Shown here piece by piece: positions 27,331 through 39,341 of a stretch of DNA of 64,000 bases. How positions within the stretch are numbered: position 1 is the stretch's first letter; each line of letters begins with the position of its first letter. The stretch covers positions 23,317,410 through 23,381,409 of the forward strand of contig NC_081366.1 of NCBI RefSeq assembly GCF_030684315.1. The letters are read 5' to 3'. The position numbers and the translations under genes were made by a program. Origin of the DNA: Stegostoma tigrinum. Its lineage: Eukaryota. Under the pieces are notes generated by a model. The model saw nothing but the letters and a program-made list of their open reading frames with translations. It searched no databases and was not told where the DNA came from.

Positions 27331-27596
27331 CATCCAGCATCAATATGAAACAAAGATCATGTACTACCAACACCAACATTACAGTGAGTCACCACCACCC
27401 CCCATCTCATGGAATTGTAGTTGACTACCAAATGGAGTGAATGTAGACTAAATTGTAGTTTTATAATCAAAGTAAATGGAAGACTCTTGATTGAATGTGG
27501 AAAGAAGAGATGCTAATGGTGTTGAAGAATGAAAGAGTTGAAGCTTTCCTGAGTGGCTCCTGAGCACAAGAACACACATAAAAATGAAAAGAATTG

Positions 27597-27790
27597 CGGA
27601 TGCTGTAAATCAGGAACAAAAACAGAAGTTACTGGAAGCTCAGCAGGTCTGACAGTATCTGTGAAGAAAAAAATCAGTGTTATCATTTTGGGTCTGGTGA
27701 CCCTTCCTCAAAACTGCAACAAAAACTCTGATATTTTCTTCACAGATGCTGTCAGACCTGCTGAGCTTCCAGCAACTTCTGTTTTTGTTG
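27597..27790. repeat. Family C fold-back repeat
   Basis: acaaaaacagaagttactggaagctcagcaggtctgacagtatctgtgaagaaaa is mirrored by ttttcttcacagatgctgtcagacctgctgagcttccagcaacttctgtttttgt. Confidence 0.7.
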
Positions 27791-28399
27791 CGCAAGGAGA
27801 TACGTATAGACTGGATCATCTTTTCTTGCCTATACTTGATGCTGATTTAGTTGGTTTATGGATAGGGAAATTTCATAAGTTGATAAACAATTGGAAGAAT
27901 TGAGATGCAGCGGTAGTGGGGTCATAATATCATAATATTCACTTTCCTGGTGTGGCATGAATCATGGTGAGAAAAGTGGGAAAATAAGCTGAGAATGAAA
28001 AAGTCCAATTGTCAATGTTGAGAAAAATTTTCATGATTTTTCTTTCAAAGCATAAATCATGATTTAAAAACCTTACCAATGAACAGCAACTACCCTACTT
28101 CTGTGCATTTGTATCTCAGTAAAACCCCGACATACCTTATTTACACACCACTTCTGATCCTCTTTTCTTTCACTGAGAAACTAAATGGTGCAAAATGGAA
28201 ATTAGAGCAAGTCCACGGAATGCTTGCTCTAGCCATTTTGCAGCTGCCTTTTCACAACAATGTCCCCACTTGGTCCATGACCACTATCAACTTCAAATGT
28301 TTATTCAAGTTGGCATTGGCAAACCACCAGCCTCACCACATCATCTTGCTTGCTGTTGGACCAACTCATGCACCACTTCAGCGTTTCAACACTACTTTG

Positions 28400-29290
28400 G
28401 AGTTCAGGGGCACCTATGACTTATATGTCAGGTCACTGTTTGCAGGAAAAGAGACACATTTCACACATCTGCACAGGATATCAATTATGCCTCTTATCTT
28501 GCTTTCTTAGTGCTCAGTCACTTTGCACCTACTTGAAGGCTCCCAGCCTCAGTATACGTCACATTGCCTTCTTAGCACACGCTTATGGGCTGCCAGCCTT
28601 TGTGTGGCTCACAATACTTTCTTAGCGCACATGGTCTTTATTCCTCACTTACTGGCTGACAACTTCTGTGACTTTCATCACTTTTTAGCACAGAATGAGA
28701 GGAAGGCATCTTGTGGTGGTGGAGAGCACCGAATAATCAATCCATTGGCTAACAGGGGATGAACGTGCTGCGCTGCAGCCATGTGCTGTGTAGGGCCAAG
28801 GTATGTTAGTGTCAGACCTGCAGCATGTGTCATCAATTTACACACTGCATGTGCTTCAAGCAAATAGCCATGTGTGAAAGTCTGAGGGGAGCAGTCCTTA
28901 GTAGGGTGAAGTGGGAGTACAGTCAACTGGGCAGGGATGGGTGGAGCAACTGCCATAGTCAGTCTAAGTGCTGGTCAAATTCTTCAATTTCAAATTTTGG
29001 AGGTCTGCACCTGATATCCAAGAAGTTACTGTGACTCTTACTGGAATTGCTGCCTCCTTCCAAGTCCCTCAGGGATGGCAGTTGAGGGACAAGGAGTTAC
29101 CTTTCCAGATATGGTTCATGACAACTTTATGAAACTCTCAGGCAGAGGCAGAACAAAGATGCCATGCTGCCCACGCTTTGACTAGGGATACAATGGAAAA
29201 TACCAGGATGAGGTTTTATTACCTGCTCCGTCTCCTGGAGAGCCTTGCACTGTAACCAGAAAGGGCGACTGGCATGGAATGCTGTCTGTT
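28400..29290 (+). mobile_element. PIF/Harbinger DNA transposon relic (Myb/SANT-like and HARBI1-like DDE nuclease remnants)
   Basis: Across frameshifts: VCT*YPRSYCDSY (cf. ARYPGSxHDS), GW..DK..QIWFMT (cf. GDKGYPLxxWLMTP), MRF..L.R (cf. KMRFRCLDRSGG), AQNERKASCGGG. Confidence 0.45.
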
Positions 29291-32200
29291 TCAAAACTGA
29301 ATCCAATAAAAGGGGTACATGTCCAGGATTCGGACAACATGGGAATCAGCAACAAGGTTATGAGGGTGAAGCTGAGGTTGAAAAACAGGACGTTGACCAG
29401 GGGAACTGTCTGAAACAACATGACAGAGCATCATCAAGCCCAAGAGGTCAGAAACAACCTCATTGAAACCCACATCCAGGATGAATGAGCCAGCTTTGGA
29501 ATCCATTTAATTGTTTAATGTGTTGTGGGTGATATGGTAAGTAGCTTCTGTTAAGTACAAATGACATGAGAATCTTATGATCTTTGTAGTCCCTGACCTT
29601 TGTTGTTGCTGAATAAATGTCTCATTAACCATCTAATTGTATGCTTGATATCGTTGGGTGATCTCATTTTAGGTATCTACATGTGACAGGTCCTGCTGAC
29701 CTTTAGGGAAAATGCAGTTGTCCGTGAGACAGTGAACTAACATCGCATGGCACTAAGATTAGGTAGCTGTCATGGCATCTGTCAAGATATCATATCTGAG
29801 TGGTGTGCAGTGATGTCTCTCATGATAGACAGCAGGTTGAGAGGAATCGTGAGGAAACTTCATTTGATTTGCCATTATCAATAACTTTTCAATGTTTCAG
29901 AGTACTCACAGACTGCTAATTTATCCTGAAATGCTTGAGCATCCTCCAGGGCAGCATTACTGCATTACTGTGAGCAGTAAAGCTTTATATAGCTTTTCTC
30001 AGCAGATCAATGTGCCATGACGGAGAGTGGAAATGTCAACTTGCCTTGAACATCTCCCAGCATTTATAGGAATTGTGCTGCCTATAATATCTGACACATA
30101 GAATGAATCTTCCCCATCAGAGGTGTGAGGAATCATCACTGATTCCATGCTCTCACTTTCAAGGTGTGGAGAAGTGTGGGATGAGGTGTAAAGGGTGTGA
30201 CATAACCTCATGCTGTCCACATTAAAGTGCAACACCTTGATGCAGTTCTCAATGTTACAGTTCAATTATCCTTGACATTTGAGACTTAGCAGTCAAGAAG
30301 TTGGTTGCTTGTGAGACGTGAGCAATGCTTGACTATTAAAACTTCTTTCATCCTTGGGATGCCTGAAGAGATTGTTCATCTCTCCCATGGTGTAACTTAT
30401 CCAAGTCCAAATTGGAAGATATATAAACACAGATACTTCAACAGTGTAAGTGAACATAAGTTTACAAAGCATCTGGGGAGGGAGTAAAGTAGTGGTAATA
30501 TGACTGAACTAATAATCCAGAATTCAAGAATTCTATTGACAAGAAGTCAAACCCTGCCATGGAATATGGTGAAAATGGAATTCAATAAAAATTTGAAATA
30601 AAGATCTACCCGGATGATAACTACATAGACATTGTTGATCATTGTAAAAAAACCCATCTGGTTCACAAACGTCCTTTAGGGAAGGAAATCTGCTGCTTGG
30701 TCTGGCCTGCATGTGACTCCAGACACACATTAACACTATTGACTCTCAGTAATGAGCAATAAACTCTGGTCGAGCCAATAAGGTCCACATCCCATGAACA
30801 AATAATAGTAAAATGGGGAAAGGTTATTCAAAATTACTTGAGAGGAAGAGGCAGCTGGAGTGAGATTGTAGATCCTGCCCCTGCTTCCACACCCCCACTC
30901 CCCACTAGCATCAATGGAAAAAGAAATGGAGTCAATATTTCAAGTCCAATATACAAGTGTCTAGCATCCACAGTACACTGCTTTTAATTAAGAATGGAAA
31001 TAAGTTTTTGAAGAAGGATAGAAGTTTGGTCAGATTGGCAGTGAATTAGTCTTTTTGGCAATGAGACCTGTCTCATAATGAATCTATTCATTCCCACGTG
31101 AGTGGTTGTGTACTTCTCTGACCAATTTCAACATTTTCATTGGACCGCAGAGGATGCTAGGGTCTGATAACTACCAACCCTTTACATTTTCAGACTCAGT
31201 TGTGGGCCAGTTCAAGCTTCAAAGAGACAAAGGGAGGAATTGATGGAAGTGGATGGAAGGCAGTTAGTGGTGATAAATGAACAGTCAAAGTGGCGAGGAA
31301 GTAGGAAGCACAGAGGGCAGGAAGGGTGCAAGAGTCATTGATTGGACATGATGCATATAATCATGGGTGTTATAGTCCATGAGCCTTTGTGAGAGCTGCA
31401 TTCAGAGACAGGAATGGGGTGAGTAGTGCCTCTGTGAGTGTGGGCCAGCAGAGAGAAGGTAGTTACATTTACCCTTGCAGAGCACTGAAGAGCATTGTTC
31501 TTCTATTGACACTCTTACTTCAGTCAGGACATTATGTTCAGGCTGGCTGGATTGGTGACATGGCCTCATGTCATGCTCAAATTGAATAAAGGACTGTTTT
31601 CATTTTCGCCATCCTGTTCATCAACAGTTCTAAATACCTTCCCGTGCACTAGGGGAAAGAGAGCTTTCCTTTTGTCCAATCTATGTCCTGAATGTCAAGG
31701 CTCAAACACTGCTGTTTGAGGAGTTATTTCTGGCTTGCAGCAACTGAAGTGGTGTGCACTGAACAGGTACTGGAGGTTCGAAAACTTCTTGCAGTACTGA
31801 GCACTTCGATCTCTTCAACTGTAGAATTCCCGAAATGTTTGCTAGAGCCCACTTGCATAATTAATAAAATGAAGAGTTGAAGAATCATAATAAAAGTTGT
31901 TCTCAGCAACAGTGGACTGGATGCCATGAAGCTCACTTGACAAAGCACCTCACTTAAAAAGGGAAAATTCAATCTAGGCTGAACTATGACCTGTACTTTA
32001 AATCAGAACCAGGTACACTGTAATTAATTATTTGTTTTAGGAATATCTGAATTGTTGTAATTAAATTTTCAAGTCCCAGTCACATGGAATGTAATGGAAT
32101 AGTGGGTGTGAAGAGCAATACAGAGTAACAATGTAATTTATCTCCTTACTTGGTATTTTGGGCACATTTCTGTGAGAACATTTCAGCCTGAGCCCTATAG

Positions 32201-33414
32201 AGGAAAGATATGTGCGCCGTCCTCAAATGTTGGCATGCTGGGCTGAGGTAACACCAACAATAGAATAAGACATGGATCATAAAATGTAACTACTGCTTTG
32301 ATAAAGCTCGGTTAGTAAAGTTAATAATATGATAATTTCTTTATGTTTAAAAATGAACGAAGTAGTAATAAATGGTTTAAAGTCGTGAAAAGATAGTACC
32401 TCACATTTTCACTTACTCTGCTTTCACGAAGAGATCTTTACCAAATCCTCGCCATACTTTAATTTATTTCTCTTTTGCAACAAAAAGAATTACAATGACA
32501 ACGTGGCCTGCACCATTGGAATGTTCAAACTGTCCCAGAATGCATGTTATAGGGTTGCCAAGTCATTTATTATATACCAGAGACAACATTCCAGCCGACT
32601 ACTTAGCTGATAGTAGCTTTAGTAAAACAATGGCATCATTTTACTGAGATTTTGTTCTAACAAAATGGAAATATAGCCCTTTGCCCTTGGCACAAACGTT
32701 ACTAAGTTCACCCAGTTTTAAAACCATTTTAAAGTATTAAAATGCCGAACAAATTGGAACACCAAACTACATGTTCTCAATTAACTCTTTATAAGCTTAA
32801 ATTTGTGAGGGCCATTGTAAAGTATAGAAATTCTGATTTCCTTTTTCAGTGTTGCCATTTATTTTTGATGTAATCACACAAACATTATACGTTCTTTTCT
32901 TTGTACACACCATGTTTCCACCTTTACTGTGAGAGCCAGAGTAATGCTGACATTATTTTTGTCCACACTGCTTGAAAGGATGTCCATATTTAGTTTCACC
33001 CCATCTGTGTCAAGTTTTTTACTATTAAAACAATTTCTTTCTCATAGAGTGTAGGACCAGTTAGTACTGATATTCAAAACAATAACTAAAGTCCCCAGTC
33101 ATAGTTATCTTGGATTTTGCCACTTATTGGAGGGGGACTGCAAGAAAAGGAATTGTTCAGGACTTTGGTGTGTACTCCCTGGGAGTATTGTGCGCTGTTT
33201 TGGTTTCCTTATTTAAGGAAGGATGTACTCGCATTGGCAGCAATACAGCAAAGATACACTCGATTACCTCTTGTGACGAGAAGCTGAATAAATGTGGTCT
33301 ATACTCTCTGAGGTTCAGGAGATTAGGAGGTGACCTATTTGGAACTTATAGCATTCTTGAAGGGGCTTGCCGGAGCAAACACTGAGAGATAGTTGATGCA
33401 AAGAGGAAGTATGT

Positions 33415-33960
33415 GGATTGATTTGATTTGGTTTGATTTACTATTGCCACATGTACCTAAGTATAGTGAAAAACTTTGTTTTGCATGCAGTATAGGCAAA
33501 TCATAACATGCAAAGTCATACAGATCATAAGGTGATTGAAGAAGGCAAGGTATGCAAAGTTACGGCATTAGATGTGAAATTTGAGAGGTCCGTTCAGCAG
33601 TCTGATAATGGCAGGGAAAAGTTGTTGTTGAACCTGTTGGTATGTGTGTTTAATCTTTTGTGTCTTCTGCCTGATGGAAGAAGTTTGAAGAGATTATAAC
33701 TGGAGTGGGAAGGGTCTTTGATGTTGGCTGCTTTTCTGTGGCAACAAGAAGTATAGAAGGAGTCAGTGGATGGGAGGTTGGCTTTCATGATGGTCTGGGC
33801 TGTATTTACAACTTTCTGTAGTTTCTTATGGTGCTGGCCAGAGCAGTTGCCGTACCAGCCATCATGGATCCAAGTAGAATGTCTTCTATGATGTGTCTGT
33901 AAAAGTTAGTGAGGGTCCTTATGGATATACCAAATTTCCTTAACCTCCTGAGGAAGCAGA
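33415..33960 (-). mobile_element. Rex1/Babar LINE 3' fragment nested in a CR1 relic (33170-34090)
   Basis: ORF 33594-33788: KDPSHSSYNLFKLLPSGRRHKRLNTHTNRFNNNFSL; (GATTT)n tail at about 33417-33440. Confidence 0.75.
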
Positions 33961-36339
33961 GGTAGGGGTAAAGTCTCAGGATAAAGGGTTGATCATTTAT
34001 GTATTTGATTAGGAGAATTTCTACACTGGGAGATAAAAAATTATTGGAATTCTCTGCCTAGAGGATTATGAATCCTCCATCATTGAGCATTGCAGCGAGG
34101 CTGGAAATCAGGCAGAGATAAAGGAAAACAAACACTGCAGGAGAGGGGCAGCTGGAGAAGAGAAGCAGCAGTGCCTGGGAAGAAAGAGGATAAATCAGTC
34201 TATAATTTCAATCAAAGGGAATTGTGGTGTCTATGGTAACATTAAAGATTACTTTCAGCCCCTGAGAGTCATAAGTAACACAAAGCAAGCAACCAAGGAA
34301 ACGTGAAATAAGTTTTAATCTGCATTTGTACCAATCGACAACAGATGATGCAATGAAAAACAAACATGTCTGAGATGTGTTGCTACATGAGTTAAGGCCA
34401 AATCTTGTTTTTAGCCAGGCTTTCAAAATTCATTCAATTAGTTAGGAAGGATACTGTTCTTTAACTTGCTTTGTAGAGGTGATCTCACTTCTCGCACCAT
34501 GCTTCCTATTGGAGGCCTAAACTCCCAAGATTATTTTAGAATTCTTTATAGCAGTGCGTTTAGTGGATCACTGCTGATGGAATGCTGTTTATAATCTGAC
34601 ATGCTGCTGCTGTTTGGCTGCTCTCCCTCTTCACTCCAATTGCAATTGAACAGTACTAGGACTGTCCTGCTTTGAAGTTAGGCAAGAATGTAGGTCTTTT
34701 TGTTTTGTTAGTTAAATAAGGCATGCCAGCAAAGAAATATGTCATTCTAGCTCTCTGGTTATTCAAAGGCTCACATCATTGAGTTTCTCTGTAAGCCACT
34801 ATTGCACCTACTGTTAACCAGCATCAATCCTTTAGCTCTACATTCTGGTGAGTTTTTTGTCTTTCCTTTTCCTTATGGCCTTAAATGTTCAATTACCGAA
34901 AAAACTGTGATTAGAATTCTCTATGGTTATAATGAACATGGTTTGCAGATTGGAATTCAGTTCTATTTATTTGCTGTGTGCTTGTCTCAAGGCACAAAGC
35001 CCTGTAATGCTCTCTTATAATGATATTTATGCCAAAAGATCTCATCATAGCTCTAAAGCATACTTATTGATTTGCATGTCTGCGTACCAATCTTTTAAAT
35101 GGGGTAAAAGATAATTGCAAAATCTTGCTAGTACTTCTGTAATGTGAAGAACATTGGACCTGTACACAGAAGAATTGTGTGAAGGCCCCTTGGTAATAAT
35201 TATAGCATTTTACTTTAAAATGTTGAAACGTGCGAAGACCAGTTGGATTGCGATGAAGCTAACACGGAGCCACTTGCTGCAGTTAATTTATTTTTAAAGG
35301 TCAGTGTTGTCATGGTAGTAACTGGCAAGGAATTTTACCATGTGTATACTTTCAGGCAGAGCACAACAAGATGACTAGTGATGAGATTGACACCATACTG
35401 ATTCCATCTTGCTGCAAATGCATTTTAATTTAAAACTTTGAAATTTTCAAATAAAAATCAGAAGTTAGAATATTTCAAAACAGTTTCATCATATTTTCAG
35501 TGATACTCCTTTGTACCAACTCTTTAGATCAGTCATCCTGATTGTGCAGTAGTTGTATATCCATGACAGTTCCGACATTTGTTAAAGTTTCTCTGATACA
35601 GTAGAGTTTTATCTAGCTAGGGAAAAAGAAAAATGTTAAGAGTGACACTTATTTAGTACCTTTTAAGCTGTCAATGTACTCACTGTCTAAGAAGTACTTT
35701 TTTGGTGTGTTCACTATTGTTCTGGAGGCAAAAGGATCAATTTGTTGCACACAGCAAAGCTACTATGAACAGCATATGGGATAAATGATCAGTTCATTCA
35801 TTTTGATAGTGCTTGTTGAGCGATCAGGATGCTCAGGGAACTTCATTTTTGTTTGGAAAGGGTAAAGTGACTATTTATTCTTGCATGTACAGGCAGGGCG
35901 TCCTTTTAACACTTCATCGGAAACATGACAGCTTTCACAACACAGCACTTCTACAGTATGCACTGAAGAGCCAGGCTGGATTATACATGAAAATCCTATA
36001 GCGTATCTTTCACTAATGTTCCCACTCAACTGCATGTGCCCACAGTCCGAAATGAATCTGGAAGGTACCATGAAAATCCTTTTGTAAGTTGTTTCTTCTA
36101 AGATGCCAGTATGTAGCCCAGAAAAAAATTTAAGGCCGACTGCAATCAAATTAATAGGCCATCCAGAAGGAAAATGCAATGGACTTAAATACATTTGAAC
36201 AGCCAGTAGCCATGTACCCAAGTGTATTACTGAGCTGTGGGCAAAGTTGACCTCTGTCAGAAGTGGAAGAGACAATACTGTGTACAGTCATTAATATTTT
36301 TAAGCTGGACGCATTGCAGGAGTGCACATTGTTCTTTAC

Positions 36340-37560
36340 TCTCCTTTCACTCTCATGTCCTTAGAGGAGAAGAGGGCATTGGACACCAGAAATAGTTTTC
36401 CATCAACTGATGAATTGCCACATCCAGCCGTATTGACATCAATTAAGGAGGCAGCCCTTGACTGACTGGAATAATTGCATAGAAATGTGGTGAGAGTAAA
36501 GAAATGTGTGCTAGGATCTGATCACCTTCATGTGATAGGGATGGAACTCATTCATCTTTCCTTCATGCCAAAGCAGAAGCTTTAAGGATCTGCTTCAACT
36601 GCACCGAGCAGACAGTAACAGACAAAATTTACAAACCTACCTGCTTGTATGTCCCATAGGGCCATTTGTGGAGCAGCAGACAAAAGTGACAGCATTGATG
36701 TAGCCTGGAAAGCAGGAAGATGCATGCAAGGCTCCACTGCCAGACCATTCAAGATCACCTTCCACCGGCGCAGACACATCAGCTCGATGGGCCCTCAAGC
36801 ATCATAGAAGGGGTGGCATATAGTGAGCAACACATCAGGGAGGAGGCGAGGGAGCCAGTTGCAGCTGTTGGCAGTGGCCCTCGGAGGATGGATACAACCA
36901 TACTGTGATGACGGAAATGCAGAGTCATGGGGGTCACACGCTGAGTTTGTGTTCCCATAGCAACAATGGAAGACATACCCAAACGTCAAATTCCCAGAGA
37001 CTGTGCAAAGTGTGGAGCAGAGAATGGAGATGACCACTCAGAGTATATATTCTGCCCTGTATCGGGCACATCTGCATGAACCTGTCCATTGACAGAGTGA
37101 CCAACTACTTGGAGAAGCATAATGCTTATCATTAGAGTGGATTCAGGAGCATTGCACTGACTTCCAGGAAACGAATGTCACCTTATGCAGAACTGACACA
37201 TCACTGGCCCTGATGGCACAGATGATGTATGGACGGGGCACCAGGGATATCACTATTGTTGGTCAACTCTAATGTTCAAGTGCCCCATGAAGTGGGTGGT
37301 GATAAGTGTGGGCATACCTCTAATGAAGGCATCATCATCTGATGCCTCCACAGCCTCTTCAATGAAGGCACCATCAATGCAGAAAGGCTCTTTGGCAGTG
37401 GCTGCCTCTCCATTGTTGCAAGTATGGCAAGCTGTTCCAGTGCCCACACTGGCACCACAACACTGAGGATTACTGCCAGAATTATCTCAGCAGACACACA
37501 TGAGCAGCTTACCTCCACCTAACCTTTTCTACAGGGGGAGCATCCTGTAGGAAAAACAGG
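36340..37560 (+). mobile_element. Possible Harbinger Myb/SANT accessory-gene relic
   Basis: After an acceptor-like tract: RKRALDTR...LPHPAVLTSIKEAALD*; GC-richer decayed coding-like sequence. Confidence 0.35.
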
Positions 37561-37574
37561 CTCTTACTAATGGC

Positions 37575-38550
37575 GTACTGTAAGGGTCAGTGATAAGTCT
37601 GTTCCAAATGTTCAGAAGTTATTTAAATGATTTGGATGCGAAATTAATTAAATTTGCAAATTTGCTGGTGACATCAAACTGGGTGGGATTGTAAATCATG
37701 AGGATACAAAGAAGCTTCAAGAGGATGTGAACAGACTAAGTGAATGGGTTAAAACGTGATAGATGGTATTTAATGTGAAAATGTGTGAAGTTATTCATTT
37801 TGGTGGGAAAAAAGGCAGAATAATTCTTAAATATTAAGAGCTTTGATGTCCAAAGGGATCTGGGTGTACTTGTCAGTGAATCATTAAAAGTTAGCATGTG
37901 ATTGCAGCAAGCAATTAGGAAGGCAAATGATATGTTAGCATTCACTTCAACAGGATTTGAGGATTTGAGAAATTAAGATATCTTGCTGTAATTGTATAAA
38001 GCCTTAGTGAGGGCTCACCTGGAGTATTATCTCCAGTTCGGCCTCCTTATCAAAGAAAGGATATATAGTCATAACGGAGATCCACGGCAGATTATCAGAT
38101 TAATCAATGGGAAAGCAGGATTTATTTTATGAGGAGAGATTGAAGAAACTCAGTCTATATTTCCTTGAGCTTCAAAGAATGAGAGATGTAGTGTATTGAA
38201 ACTTACAAAATTCTTACAAGATGAGACAGAGTGAATGTGCATAGGATGTTTTCCCTGGCTGGTGTTTCTAAAACCAGATAATATAACTTAAGAATAAAGG
38301 GTAGGCCACTTAAAATGGTGATGAGGAAAAAGTTTTAGAGGGTGGTGATTCATTGGAATGATGTTGCCCAGAGGGCTATGACGGTCGGTCAGAGTATGTT
38401 CAATGAAGGAATTCATGTGCTTCTGGAGATTAATGACATTAAGGAATGTGGAGGAAGTATGCTTAAGTAATGTGGAGGTAGATGGTTAAACATGATCTCA
38501 TTAGTGGGATAGGCTTGATGGGCTGACTAGCCTGCTTCTGTACCAGTGTT
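37575..38550 (+). mobile_element. CR1 LINE 3' fragment
   Basis: KFAGDIKLGG, LYKALVRAHLEYY and YEERLKKLSL remnants. Confidence 0.75.
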
Positions 38551-39254
38551 CCTGTCCATCAACAGCAATTAGGTTATATGCATTTCTGGCAATGGAGAGA
38601 TAAATGTTGTTTTCATAACCTGAGCTTCCATCATGTCATATGTACTTTTCTTTCCCATTTTTATTTTACTAGGCTGGTCATCATCTTGTTTCTTCCTCAC
38701 CAATGCTAATGCATTCAGATAGTTTTTATATGTAATTTACACCACGTTTACACTTAATCTTTGTTTCCTCACTGTATCCATTACTATTCTTTCCAGTTGT
38801 TTCGTCATGAAACTTTAGCTATTTAATCTTCCCAGGTATTTGTTGGCTCTGTTGATATTATTCTTGCACTGAGTTTGAAACTTGCGCCCACTTTGTGACT
38901 TGAATATTATATTGATTCACCTTTTAGTGCTTTACTTAGTATTACTCAGTTGCCAGGAGTGAATACTTTCAATTTACACTCTCAAAATGGAGCCTCCATT
39001 CATTCAGGTAAGCATAAAAGATAAAAAGCGTAAGAGATTCTCCTGGTAAACATTATTTTTTTAAACAACCGTTTCCAACAAGCTAGTTAATAGTTGCATT
39101 TCCTATCCCAGAAAAGTGATGTTTGCAAGATTGAAAATTGCATTCTTCTATGTAATTTGATGCTTTTCAGGATACCACAATGCAATAAGTTTGTGCACAT
39201 TTATTATTTGCACCAGTGGTAAATGTTTTAATTGTAATTAATCTTTTTTTTCAG

Positions 39255-39341
39255 AAATTGGCACATCCAAAGAAATTAGATGAATCTTTGAAGTCTCGTT
39301 TGGAAATGATGAAGACCAGATTATTGAACAGCAGTTGAAGG
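39255..39341 (+). other. 5' UTR part of the first coding exon, with two uORFs
   Basis: Strong acceptor ends at 39254; all three frames hit a stop before ATG 39342; uORFs at 39280-39291 (MNL*) and 39306-39338 (MMKTRLLNSS*). Confidence 0.65.
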
